Below, one piece after another: positions 1-8,983 of a stretch of DNA of 64,000 nucleotides (positions are counted from its first letter, which is position 1; each line of letters opens with the position of its first letter). The notes under the pieces were generated by a model. The model saw only the letters and a list, made by a program, of their open reading frames with translations. It was not told where the DNA came from and ran no database searches. The DNA is from an uncultured Rhodobacteraceae bacterium (GTDB lineage: Bacteria; Pseudomonadota; Alphaproteobacteria; Rhodobacterales; Rhodobacteraceae): the NCBI GenBank assembly GCA_937924905.1, contig CALDUK010000015.1:3267-67266 (forward strand), written 5' to 3'. The position numbers were made by a program, and so were the translations under genes.

Positions 1-1971
1 TACGTGCGCGCCCGTCGTCAGATCGGATCGATCAACCAACCCTGCGTCAAGATATTTTCCAGCGGCGGGGTCAAACAGCGCACGGCGCCTATGTGTTTCC
101 ACCAGCGCGGTGCCTTTTGTTTCTTTGATGCGCTGGACATTTTCAGGCGGCGTGGTCGCGTTCACGGACCAGACAGTGATTTCGATATCCATTCCATCGA
201 CAGGGCGTCCAAATAGTTTGGTGTAGTCTTCGATAAAACGCGTTTCAAAGGTTGCGGCGTCCGGGGTCATCGCTTGGGCTTCGGTGATCTCGATCGGGAT
301 TTCCCAACCTTGCCCGGTATAGCGCATATAGACTTTGAACTCTGACAAGATCGGGCTGACGTCGTCGCAGGTTCGGACAAACGCGGTTGCTTCGGCTTGC
401 AGATTGCTCAGCAGTTCTTTGATCCGCTCTGGATCGAAATCGCTGAGCTTCATATAGACGGATCGGTTTGCTTCAAAGCTGAACGGCGCGCGCAAGAACC
501 CAATTGCCGATCCAACACCCGCGCCGGGGGGCACCAAAAGACGTTCAACACCCAGCTTTTCTGACAAGCGGCCCGCGTGCAGGGGGGCTGCACCCCCGAA
601 GGCAATCATGGTGTATTCGGAAAGGTCCTCGCCATTTTCCACCGCATGGACCCGCGCGGCATTCGCCATGTTTTCATCCACGACTTCGGCCACGCCAAAA
701 GCGGATTCTATCGTGTCCATATCCAACGCGTCCGCCACATGAGCAGACAAGGCATAGCTCGATTGTTCGGCGTGCAGTTTGATCGAGCCACCCGCAAAAT
801 TGTCAGGATCCAACTTGCCCAAAACAAGATCAGCATCTGTGACGCTGGGGCGCGTGCCGCCGCGGCCATAGCAGGCAGGGCCAGGTTCGGACCCGGCGCT
901 TTCGGGGCCGACACGAATTTGTTTCATTGCATCCACATGCGCCAAAGACCCGCCGCCCGCACCGATTTCGACCATATCGATCACCGGAATGGAAATGGGC
1001 ATACCAGAGCCCTTCTTGAACCGATAAGTGCGCGCCACTTCGAAGACGCGACTGGTTTTAGGGGTCTGGTTCTTGATCAAACAAATCTTGGCAGTTGTTC
1101 CCCCCATGTCAAAGGACAACACTTTTTCCAGCCCATAGCGCGCGGCGATATGAGCGGCAAAGACAGCGCCCCCTGCCGGGCCGGATTCTACCAGGCGAAC
1201 CGGGAAATCCGCGGCGTTTTTGAGAGAGATTATTCCGCCGCCTGAATGCATCAGAAAGATGCGGCATTGCACGGATTCCGATTTCAGGCGTTCTTCCAGG
1301 CGGCCCAGATACGATGCCATCAGCGGCTTGATATAGGCATTTGCGACGACGGTGTTGAACCGTTCGTATTCGCGCATCTGGGGCGACACTTCGGATGAAA
1401 TGGACACCGCGACATTTGGCAGTTTCTCGGCCAGCACATCACGCACCAGTTCTTCATGCGCAGGTTTTAGATAAGAATGGATCAGACCAACGGCGACGCT
1501 TTCAAAACCGGCCTTTGCAATTTGATCAACGACCGCTTCGACTTCTTTACGGTCGATATTGACCAAAACAGCACCGTTCGCATCCACCCGTCCCGCGACC
1601 GTGAAGCGCATCTGACGGGGCAGCAAAGGGTCGGGCAGGTTCAGGTTCAGATCATACTGTTCAAATCGGCTTTCGGTGCGCATTTCTATCACATCGCGGA
1701 AGCCTTCTGTGGTGATAAATGCCGTCTTCGCGCCGCGCCGTTCGATCAACGCGTTTGTCGCCAACGTCGTGCCGTGGATGATCTGTTCAATCTTTGATGG
1801 GGCAACATTTGCTTCGGCGCAGACTTGATGCATGCCTTCGATGATCGCATTTTCAGGGGCCGCATAGGTCGTCAGAACTTTGGTCGAAAATGGCACGCCA
1901 TCTTTTTCCAGAACAACATCTGTAAATGTGCCGCCAATATCGACGCCAAGGCGGACAGAACGTGCTGGCAT
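1..1971 (-). CDS. Hydantoinase/oxoprolinase family protein, A-type subunit (N-methylhydantoinase A-like); C-terminus runs off the left edge
   Basis: Absent from the ORF track because no stop lies in the window. My translation of the minus strand from ATG 1971 reads MPARSVRLGVDIGGTFTDVVLEKDG... and stays open to position 1 (657 codons). It includes ...MIAFGGAAPLHAG..., typical of the hydantoinase A family. Plus-strand ORFs here (e.g. 577..1245) are antisense artefacts. Confidence 0.8.
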   Translation of the reverse strand, partial: MPARSVRLGVDIGGTFTDVVLEKDGVPFSTKVLTTYAAPENAIIEGMHQVCAEANVAPSKIEQIIHGTTLATNALIERRGAKTAFITTEGFRDVIEMRTESRFEQYDLNLNLPDPLLPRQMRFTVAGRVDANGAVLVNIDRKEVEAVVDQIAKAGFESVAVGLIHSYLKPAHEELVRDVLAEKLPNVAVSISSEVSPQMREYERFNTVVANAYIKPLMASYLGRLEERLKSESVQCRIFLMHSGGGIISLKNAADFPVRLVESGPAGGAVFAAHIAARYGLEKVLSFDMGGTTAKICLIKNQTPKTSRVFEVARTYRFKKGSGMPISIPVIDMVEIGAGGGSLAHVDAMKQIRVGPESAGSEPGPACYGRGGTRPSVTDADLVLGKLDPDNFAGGSIKLHAEQSSYALSAHVADALDMDTIESAFGVAEVVDENMANAARVHAVENGEDLSEYTMIAFGGAAPLHAGRLSEKLGVERLLVPPGAGVGSAIGFLRAPFSFEANRSVYMKLSDFDPERIKELLSNLQAEATAFVRTCDDVSPILSEFKVYMRYTGQGWEIPIEITEAQAMTPDAATFETRFIEDYTKLFGRPVDGMDIEITVWSVNATTPPENVQRIKETKGTALVETHRRRALFDPAAGKYLDAGLVDRSDLTTGAHV

Positions 1972-2066
1972 CTTATGCTCCTGCAAAGGGTTCAGCTTGC
2001 AGGTGAACGAAAAGGTGCAAGGAAATCAAATCGATTAAATTGCTCACCCTGATCAATCTAAGCAAT

Positions 2067-2966
2067 CTATTGCGCGTGCATGGCGGTCTTCGCAATCTTT
2101 GCGGCCTTTTCAATATAAAGCGCCGACCGTGTCGGTGCGTAGCGTGCGAAAAAAGACAGCGGATCGGGCAACCAGTCGGGTGCAATCAAATGCAGCTCGC
2201 GCGACGCAATGCCAGACCTGACAAGACGTTCCGGCAAAAGCGCGACGCCCAAACCTTCCAGCACCATTGGCAGACAGGCGGATAGGGCGCTTGAATGAAC
2301 TATCCGTTCGGCGCGCAGGCCGCGTTCGGCGGCGACCGCGTGAAGGGCTGCGCAGGCCTTGGTGTGTTTTGCATGCGTCAGGATCGTCAGCTCGAACAAC
2401 TGTGCCAAGGTTGGGCGTTTGTTGAGATGCTGGAACAACTCGGTGTTTGCGACCCAGCAATACTGTTCTTGCCCCAAGGCGTCGCTTGCGAATGACTTCG
2501 ATTTAAAGGGTCCGGTTTGTAGTGCCAGGTCAAGCTGCCCTTGCATCAGCCTCGCGTCGATATTGGTTGAAAGATCAACTTCAAGCTGGATGCGAATGTT
2601 TGGATACGCGTTTTTCATCAGGCGCAGAAACCCTTGCAGCCACGTGCAGGCGACAAGTTCTGTGACACCCAGCCTTAGAGTTTCTTCAAGCAGGTCTTGC
2701 CGTCCGGCTTCTTCAATAAGCGCCTCGCCCGCCCAAAGGACATTTCTTGTCTTCTCAAGTAACTTTTCCCCATCTTCCGTCAGGCGAACAGAGCCTGCAT
2801 CGCGCATCAAGAGCGACACGTTCAGCGCAGCCTCAAGCGCTGCGATCCGTGCCGAAATATTGGGTTGGGTTGTGCCAAGCGCCGAAGCAGCGGCGCGAAA
2901 CGTACCAGTATCAACGACGAAGACGAATGCTTCGAGCTGTTTGAAAGTGATCTGGCTTTTGATCAT
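2067..2966 (-). CDS. LysR family transcriptional regulator
   Basis: Track ORF 2067..2966. N-terminal wHTH FKQLEAFVFVVDTGTFRAAASALGTTQPNISARIAALE. 299 aa. Divergent from the AKR gene. Confidence 0.9.
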   Translation of the reverse strand: MIKSQITFKQLEAFVFVVDTGTFRAAASALGTTQPNISARIAALEAALNVSLLMRDAGSVRLTEDGEKLLEKTRNVLWAGEALIEEAGRQDLLEETLRLGVTELVACTWLQGFLRLMKNAYPNIRIQLEVDLSTNIDARLMQGQLDLALQTGPFKSKSFASDALGQEQYCWVANTELFQHLNKRPTLAQLFELTILTHAKHTKACAALHAVAAERGLRAERIVHSSALSACLPMVLEGLGVALLPERLVRSGIASRELHLIAPDWLPDPLSFFARYAPTRSALYIEKAAKIAKTAMHAQ

Positions 2967-3153
2967 AATTCATCGATCGATCGGAAAAGTTGATGCAAAG
3001 CCTATCGGATCGAACAGGGCGGACAAGGTCATTTCCGTTTGGTCGAGGCGTCCGGTCCGTTTGGCTTACCCGTTTCTGTGCCACTGGGCGGGTCCGTTTT
3101 TTCGTTGTATCCAGTCTTCCAACAGGCGTTTTGAACGGACAGGGTGGACGGAA

Positions 3154-4140
3154 ATGGAAAAGCGACAGGTCGGGAATACCAATCTTTCAGTAGATGTGTT
3201 GGGGCTGGGGGGGGCGCCGCTGGGCGGGAATTTCGTTGATATCGCATATTCCGATGCGCACGCCCTGATCGGGGCAGCGAAAGTTTCGGGCATAGGTTAT
3301 TTTGACACAGCACCCTGGTACGGGTTTGGCCGGTCTGAACGCGTGATGGGCGATGCGCTTCGGGGTGGTGACTATGTGTTGTCGGACAAAGTGGGGCGTT
3401 TGCTGTTGCCAGGTGCGGTCGATGATCCGGGCGCCTTTGGTATGGTCGATCCGCTGCCTTTTAATGTGATCTATGACTATAGCTATGATGGGATCATGCG
3501 GGCTTTTGAAGACAATCTGCAAAGGCTGGGACTGGATCGAATAGACATTCTGCTGGCCCACGATATCGGTGCCTTTACCCACGGCGACGCAAACGCGGCC
3601 CATTTTCGCGACTTGGCCGAAGGCGGCTATCGCGCAATGGATGAACTGCGGCGTGGGGGGCAGATCAAGGCAATTGGTCTTGGGGTCAATGAAAATGAGG
3701 TTTGTCTGGACGCATTGGGTATTGGTGATTGGGACGTGTTTTTGTTGGCTGGTCGGTATACTTTGCTGGAACAAACGGCGCTTGATACGCTGTTTCCGGC
3801 GTGCCGGGACAAAGGCACCTCGATCATTTGCGGCGGGCCGTTTAACTCGGGCATTCTGGTTGGGCGCGACATGTGGAACTATGCGACCGCACCCAAAGAG
3901 GTCGTCAATAAGGCCCGCGCTTTGAGCGAGGAGGCGGACAGATTTGATATTCCACTTGCCGCAGCCGCGTTGCAATTTCCGCTGGGCGACCCGCTGGTGT
4001 CTTCCGTCATCCCCGGCCCGCGCAACACGGATGAATTAGACCAAATCGTGGAATGGTTTGACGTCGATATTCCGGTCGCGTTTTGGGCTGCGCTGAAAGC
4101 CAAGGGGCTTTTGCGCGCGGAGGCGAATGTGCCGGTCTAG
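3154..4140 (+). CDS. Aldo/keto reductase, aldose 1-dehydrogenase-like (D-threo-aldose / L-fucose dehydrogenase type)
   Basis: Internal in-frame ATG 3154 of track ORF 2359..4140; the upstream part of that ORF is antisense to the LysR gene. MEKRQVGNTNLSVDVLGLGGAPLGG...GYFDTAPWYG... gives 328 aa, a typical AKR length. The subfamily assignment is from memory. Confidence 0.8.
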   Translation: MEKRQVGNTNLSVDVLGLGGAPLGGNFVDIAYSDAHALIGAAKVSGIGYFDTAPWYGFGRSERVMGDALRGGDYVLSDKVGRLLLPGAVDDPGAFGMVDPLPFNVIYDYSYDGIMRAFEDNLQRLGLDRIDILLAHDIGAFTHGDANAAHFRDLAEGGYRAMDELRRGGQIKAIGLGVNENEVCLDALGIGDWDVFLLAGRYTLLEQTALDTLFPACRDKGTSIICGGPFNSGILVGRDMWNYATAPKEVVNKARALSEEADRFDIPLAAAALQFPLGDPLVSSVIPGPRNTDELDQIVEWFDVDIPVAFWAALKAKGLLRAEANVPV

Positions 4141-4868
4141 ACAGCGGTGAACCCACCGTCGATGGGCAGGCACACGCCGGAAATCATCGAAGCCGCGTCG
4201 GACAAAAGAAACACAATGGGTTGTGCGCAATCATCTTCGGTGGCCCAGCGGTGCAGCGGCATTGCGTCGATCAACGGGCCGCCTATGTCGTCGCGCCCCC
4301 AGTACCATTCGGACATCGGCGTCATAACCACCGTCGGGTTAACGGCGTTGACGCGGATATTGTGTTTGCCAAGTTCTAGGGCTGAAACGCGCGTCATGGC
4401 ATCGACGGCACCTTTGGATGACGCATAGGAAATATGGCCTGCCAGCCCAACAAGCGAGGCCTGGCTGGACACATTGACGATTGCACCGCCATTCCCGGCT
4501 GCAACCATGTTTTGCGCGGCGTATTTGGTCACCAACAATGTGCCGCGCGCATTGATGTCGATGACTTTGTCGAAAACGGCTGTGTCGGTGTCCATCGGCG
4601 TTGCGATTTCGCCGCCCCATCCGCCGCAATTGACCACGCCATATATCTGGATGTCTGCCAGCGCTGATTTTACCTCGTCTTCCGAGGTCAGGTCAAAGGC
4701 AAGCGTGTCGCAACCTGTCTCTGTGGCGAGCGCGTCGAGTTTCGCCTGATCGCGGCCCGAGGCGATGACTTTGGCGTCTTCTTCAGTCAGCCGCCGGACA
4801 GTCGCTGCGCCGATGCCGCCGGATGCCCCGGTTACAAGAATGGGTCTGTCTTTCAATCCTGTTTGCAC
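4137..4868 (-). CDS. SDR family oxidoreductase
   Basis: Track ORF 4137..4886. Contains the TGASGGIG cofactor motif and the YASSK (YxxxK) catalytic motif. I prefer GTG 4868 (GGAGAG 8 nt upstream) over GTG 4886, which has no SD. Confidence 0.85.
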   Translation of the reverse strand: MQTGLKDRPILVTGASGGIGAATVRRLTEEDAKVIASGRDQAKLDALATETGCDTLAFDLTSEDEVKSALADIQIYGVVNCGGWGGEIATPMDTDTAVFDKVIDINARGTLLVTKYAAQNMVAAGNGGAIVNVSSQASLVGLAGHISYASSKGAVDAMTRVSALELGKHNIRVNAVNPTVVMTPMSEWYWGRDDIGGPLIDAMPLHRWATEDDCAQPIVFLLSDAASMISGVCLPIDGGFTAV

Positions 4869-5157
4869 GGCAAACTCTCCTCGCACCTGTTTGCGCGAAG
4901 TTTACCGATGGTGGGCGCGGTGTCGACCGAAAGAAATGCGGTTTGAGGGACAGCACAAGGAGAGTTTGGCAGGTGTCGCATCAGCCACGGGTGGCAAGGC
5001 TCCGAATTTCTGGCCTGTAAAAAATTAATTTTTCGCCCGCAGTGCAAAAATTTCTGGTCAGGTGCGCATGGTCGCCCTAAGTTTTTGCGAGTTGGGTAAA
5101 ACCACGACTACTAAAAACCGGGCGATCAAACGCCTGTAAATCCATGGGAGGAATTTG

Positions 5158-6630
5158 ATGTTTGCGAAACATCTCGCGGCGCTCACCGTAAGCGCTGCTG
5201 CTTTAACCACTGTTTCGATCCCCGCTGTTGCTCAGGAATTTTCCGGCGTCACCGTCGATATTCTGACGCGTCCGGGCTATGTGATCGCTGGTCCTCTGGC
5301 CGAGCGCGGCAAAGATTTTGAAGCGTTGACCGGTGCCAAAATCGTCGTCACCGAAGTACCATTCGCTGAGATTTTTCCGAAGATCCAGAATGACTGGGCC
5401 ACGGGCACAAACTCGATTGACGTGGGCGTCTTCGCCGCGGGTTGGGGCGTTGAACTGGACGCCGCCGGTCTTTTGGAAGACCTCGACCCCTATATCGCTA
5501 ATGACGACAAGATCGACCTTGACGATATCGCGCCTTACTTCCGCGAGTTCGGTCAAAAGGTTGGTGGCAAGACCAAGCTGCTGATGGTCGATGGCGATTT
5601 CCAGATGGTCTATTACCGGACTGATATTCTGGAAGCAGCCGGGTTAGAGCCGCCGAGCACCTGGGAAGAATATCTTGACGTTGCGTCCAAGATTCACGGC
5701 CAGGACATGAATGGCGATGGCGAAGCTGACTATGGCTCGTGTATCTTCAAAAAGCGGAATGCGCAGTCTTACTTTGCGATCCAGACTTTTGCTGCACCGA
5801 TTGTGCAGACGCAAGGCACCGCTCAAGGTTTCCATTTCGACAACTCTTCGATGGCCCCTATCGTGAACAATGCGGGCTGGAAGAAAGCGTTCGAGCTCTA
5901 CAAAGAAACCGGCAAATATGGTCCGGCAGATGAGCTGAACCTCGACATTGGCGACACGCGCGCTTTGTTTAAAGCGGGTCGGTGTGGCTTGATTGTCGAA
6001 TGGGGTGATCCAGGTACGTTGCAGCTGGATGACGACGCATCGGCCATCAAAGGCAAAATGTACGCCATTTCGGCCATCGGTTCGACCGAAGTACTGGACC
6101 GCGAGACAGGCGAGCTGGTTCCAGTTTCGGCGGAAAGCGCACCCCATGCTATTGACGGCGTCAACTATGCACCTTTCGCCGCTTTTGGCGGATGGGCCGG
6201 TGCTGTCAACGCAGCGGCTGATGACAAGACCAAAGCGGCGGCTTACGCATTCTTGTCTTACATGAACCAGGCTGCTCAGTCGGGTATTGACGTCACCATC
6301 GGCGCAACGGGTTACAACCCTTACCGGATCTCGCAGCTTGAGAATATCGACCTGTGGGTCGAAGCTGGCATGCCGCGCGAACTGGCCGAGAATTATCTGG
6401 GTGCTATCAACGGGGCATTGAATAACCCCAACATGGCATCGGATATGAAGATCCCTGGCGCGCAACAATACACCGCTGTTGTGTTGGATACCCAGCTTGC
6501 CCGCTATCTGGCCGATGAAATCACGGTGGAAGAAGCCCTGGCCAATATCGAAGAAGGTTGGGAAGAAATCACCGAAGATTTCGGACGTGACGAACAGGTC
6601 GCAGCCCAGGCGCTGGCGCTTGGCAACTGA
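5158..6630 (+). CDS. ABC transporter periplasmic solute-binding protein (carbohydrate, family-1 type), long form (~490 aa)
   Basis: Track ORF 5155..6630 (TTG); ATG 5158 has GGGAGGA 5 nt upstream. Signal peptide MFAKHLAALTVSAAALTTVSIPAVAQE. First gene of a transporter operon. Confidence 0.85.
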   Translation: MFAKHLAALTVSAAALTTVSIPAVAQEFSGVTVDILTRPGYVIAGPLAERGKDFEALTGAKIVVTEVPFAEIFPKIQNDWATGTNSIDVGVFAAGWGVELDAAGLLEDLDPYIANDDKIDLDDIAPYFREFGQKVGGKTKLLMVDGDFQMVYYRTDILEAAGLEPPSTWEEYLDVASKIHGQDMNGDGEADYGSCIFKKRNAQSYFAIQTFAAPIVQTQGTAQGFHFDNSSMAPIVNNAGWKKAFELYKETGKYGPADELNLDIGDTRALFKAGRCGLIVEWGDPGTLQLDDDASAIKGKMYAISAIGSTEVLDRETGELVPVSAESAPHAIDGVNYAPFAAFGGWAGAVNAAADDKTKAAAYAFLSYMNQAAQSGIDVTIGATGYNPYRISQLENIDLWVEAGMPRELAENYLGAINGALNNPNMASDMKIPGAQQYTAVVLDTQLARYLADEITVEEALANIEEGWEEITEDFGRDEQVAAQALALGN

Positions 6631-6642
6631 GCCTGACGTTTG

Positions 6643-7797
6643 ATGGCAACTTATGACGACATGCGCCAGCCGGGTTTGATCCCGGCTGGCACGTCAAGGC
6701 GCACGCGCTTTGCTGAATGGGTAGACCGGCATTCGGGCACCTTTTTCATTGCGCCCTGCGTGACGCTGATTCTGATTTTCGCAATTTTTCCAACGATCTA
6801 TTCGATCTTTTTCGCGTTAAGTCGCGTGCGTTTCACCGGCGACGGTCTGCGCTTTCGCTTTGTCGGGTTCCGCAATTTCTCTAAGCAGTTCTTTGGATCG
6901 AGCGAGGTTCATTTTTTGGGCCGAACCGACCCTGTCAGTTTGTTTGGATATGCTGTGTTTGCCGTTATTGTTGTGGCTGTGCTGGTCTGGCTTTGGCGGT
7001 CGCGCAAGATATCAACCTGGGTAGGTATGATTGGCCGAACGATATCGGCAGCTATGGCGATTTTTCTGTCGTGGATCCTCTGTGCATCTCTTCTGTCAGG
7101 CAACTCAATCGGCACGTTGTACACGACACTATTCTACGTCTTCGTGGGTTGCGCGCTGCAGTTCTTCATCGGCACCGGTTTGGCGTTTCTGTGTTCACAA
7201 CCGATTTCGGGGAAAAACTTCTTTCGGGTGGTGTTCTTCATCCCATTGATGATCACGCCTCTTGGCGTGGGCTATGCCATGCGCATGGTGGCCGATGTGG
7301 GGAAGGGGCCATTGGAGCCGGTTCTGCAATTCATGGGGCTGTCAGATTGGGTCTGGTCCGTTGATGCCTGGTCTGCACGTTTCATGATGGTGGTCAGCGA
7401 CAGTTGGCAATGGATCCCGTTTATTTTCATCTGCATGCTGGCCGCGTTAGAAAACATTCCCCGTGATCATGTTGAAGCCGCGCAGGTGGACGGCGCGTCC
7501 AGCTGGCAGATTTTCCGCGAGATCACTTGGCCGCAGGTTTTGCCGGTTGCGGTTACGGTTTTGCTGATCCGCATGATCGAAGCATTCAAGATTGTCGATT
7601 TGCCGAACATTATGACCGGAGGGGGGCCTGGGTCGGCGACGGAATCCATGACGCTGCATTCAATGTATATCTGGCGCGCAAATGACTTGGGGTCTTCGGC
7701 GGCGATTGCCTATCTTTTGCTGATCCTGACGGTGGTCGTCTGCGCATCCTTCTTCAACTACGTTGTGTTGGGACAAGTCAGAAAGGTTCGGGCATGA
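6643..7797 (+). CDS. ABC transporter permease (MalF/UgpA-like), unusually long
   Basis: Track ORF 6640..7797. Multiple hydrophobic spans and the EAA loop VEAAQVDGASSWQIFREITWP. Confidence 0.85.
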   Translation: MATYDDMRQPGLIPAGTSRRTRFAEWVDRHSGTFFIAPCVTLILIFAIFPTIYSIFFALSRVRFTGDGLRFRFVGFRNFSKQFFGSSEVHFLGRTDPVSLFGYAVFAVIVVAVLVWLWRSRKISTWVGMIGRTISAAMAIFLSWILCASLLSGNSIGTLYTTLFYVFVGCALQFFIGTGLAFLCSQPISGKNFFRVVFFIPLMITPLGVGYAMRMVADVGKGPLEPVLQFMGLSDWVWSVDAWSARFMMVVSDSWQWIPFIFICMLAALENIPRDHVEAAQVDGASSWQIFREITWPQVLPVAVTVLLIRMIEAFKIVDLPNIMTGGGPGSATESMTLHSMYIWRANDLGSSAAIAYLLLILTVVVCASFFNYVVLGQVRKVRA

Positions 7798-8981
7798 GCG
7801 ACGCGTCATCCTATCGCTTTCGCAAGTCCGAACGGACATTGATGCAACGCCTGTTTGAGGCGCCTGCGATTGGCAAAATGTCACCTGCGTCCAAGTTCGT
7901 TGCCTATTCGCTTTTGGCGATCTGGTCGTTGTTTGTGCTTTTCCCGATCTATTGGGTGATTATCACGTCGTTCAAGGACGCGGCTTCGGTCAATGAAGGG
8001 CCGTTCTATCTTCCATTCGTGGACTTTCAGCCGACGCTTGATGCCTGGCGCATTCAGTTTACCGAAGATCCGTTCTGTAACTTTGCAGCCATTGTCCGAC
8101 AATTTGGATTGTTGGGGTACAATTCGTTCGTTTGGGTGGTTTCGCCGGTGGTCGAGCTGGCACCGATGGAGCCGCAAATCTGTAAGATTTACCTGGCGTT
8201 CACAAATTCAATCGTGATCAGCGTTTTTTCCACTGGGCTTTGCGTGCTTGTAGGGGCAATGGCGGCTTATGCTTTGGCACGTATTCAATATGCGCCTCGG
8301 TTCGGCAATATTCTGATCTTCGTTCTGTTGCTGGTGGGTGTCATTGTCGCGACGACTTATGCGGGTGCACCTTGGTGGGCTTCGGCAAGTGTCGCGCTGG
8401 CGTTCTTCTTTTTCTTGGTCCGGGCGTTGAAAGGGTATTTCAAGTTATCGCTTAAGAACGGGGATATTTTGTTCTGGATCATTTCGCAGCGGATTTTACC
8501 GCCGATTGTCGTGGTGATTCCGATATATGTGATGTTCCAGGCGGTTGGGCTGCTGGACACCCATCTGGCGCTGATCCTGTTGTACGCGGTTGCGAATATG
8601 CCGATCGTTGTCTGGCTGATGTATGATTTCTTTACAAATCTGCCGGTCGAGCTGGAAGAATCTGCGCAGTTGGATGGGGCAACACGTCCCCGGATTTTCT
8701 GGGAGATCGTCCTGCCTTTGACGCGCCCCGGGTTGGCGGCCACGACGCTGCTGATCCTGGTGCTGGCCTGGAATGAATATTTGTTTGCCGTGTTTCTGGC
8801 GACGGTGAAAGTTCAAACCATGCCGATCATGGTGGCCGCCAAGAACACGGGTGAAAAGGGCATCTTTTGGTGGGAAATGTGTGCTGTGATCGTGGTGATG
8901 ATCATCCCGGTGATCCTTATGGCGATCCTGCTGACTCGGTTTATCTCGAAAGGCGTCCTCTTGGGCGCGGTGAAAGGCTAG
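7794..8981 (+). CDS. ABC transporter permease (MalG/UgpE-like), unusually long
   Basis: ATGA overlap with the upstream permease. EAA loop EESAQLDGATRPRIFWEIVLP. 395 aa with extra hydrophobic segments. Confidence 0.85.
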   Translation: MSDASSYRFRKSERTLMQRLFEAPAIGKMSPASKFVAYSLLAIWSLFVLFPIYWVIITSFKDAASVNEGPFYLPFVDFQPTLDAWRIQFTEDPFCNFAAIVRQFGLLGYNSFVWVVSPVVELAPMEPQICKIYLAFTNSIVISVFSTGLCVLVGAMAAYALARIQYAPRFGNILIFVLLLVGVIVATTYAGAPWWASASVALAFFFFLVRALKGYFKLSLKNGDILFWIISQRILPPIVVVIPIYVMFQAVGLLDTHLALILLYAVANMPIVVWLMYDFFTNLPVELEESAQLDGATRPRIFWEIVLPLTRPGLAATTLLILVLAWNEYLFAVFLATVKVQTMPIMVAAKNTGEKGIFWWEMCAVIVVMIIPVILMAILLTRFISKGVLLGAVKG

Positions 8982-8983
8982 GC

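Noticed and set aside
577-1245. Plus-strand ORFs over the first 2 kb (e.g. 577..1245, 1477..1797)
   Set aside because: They lie antisense to the continuous hydantoinase A-type reading frame, which has clear family motifs. This is a typical high-GC shadow ORF.
2359-3153. Long N-terminal extension of track ORF 2359..4140 (593 aa)
   Set aside because: The upstream 265 codons are antisense to the well-supported LysR gene and are Ser/Arg/Cys-rich low-complexity sequence. The AKR homology begins at the internal ATG 3154.
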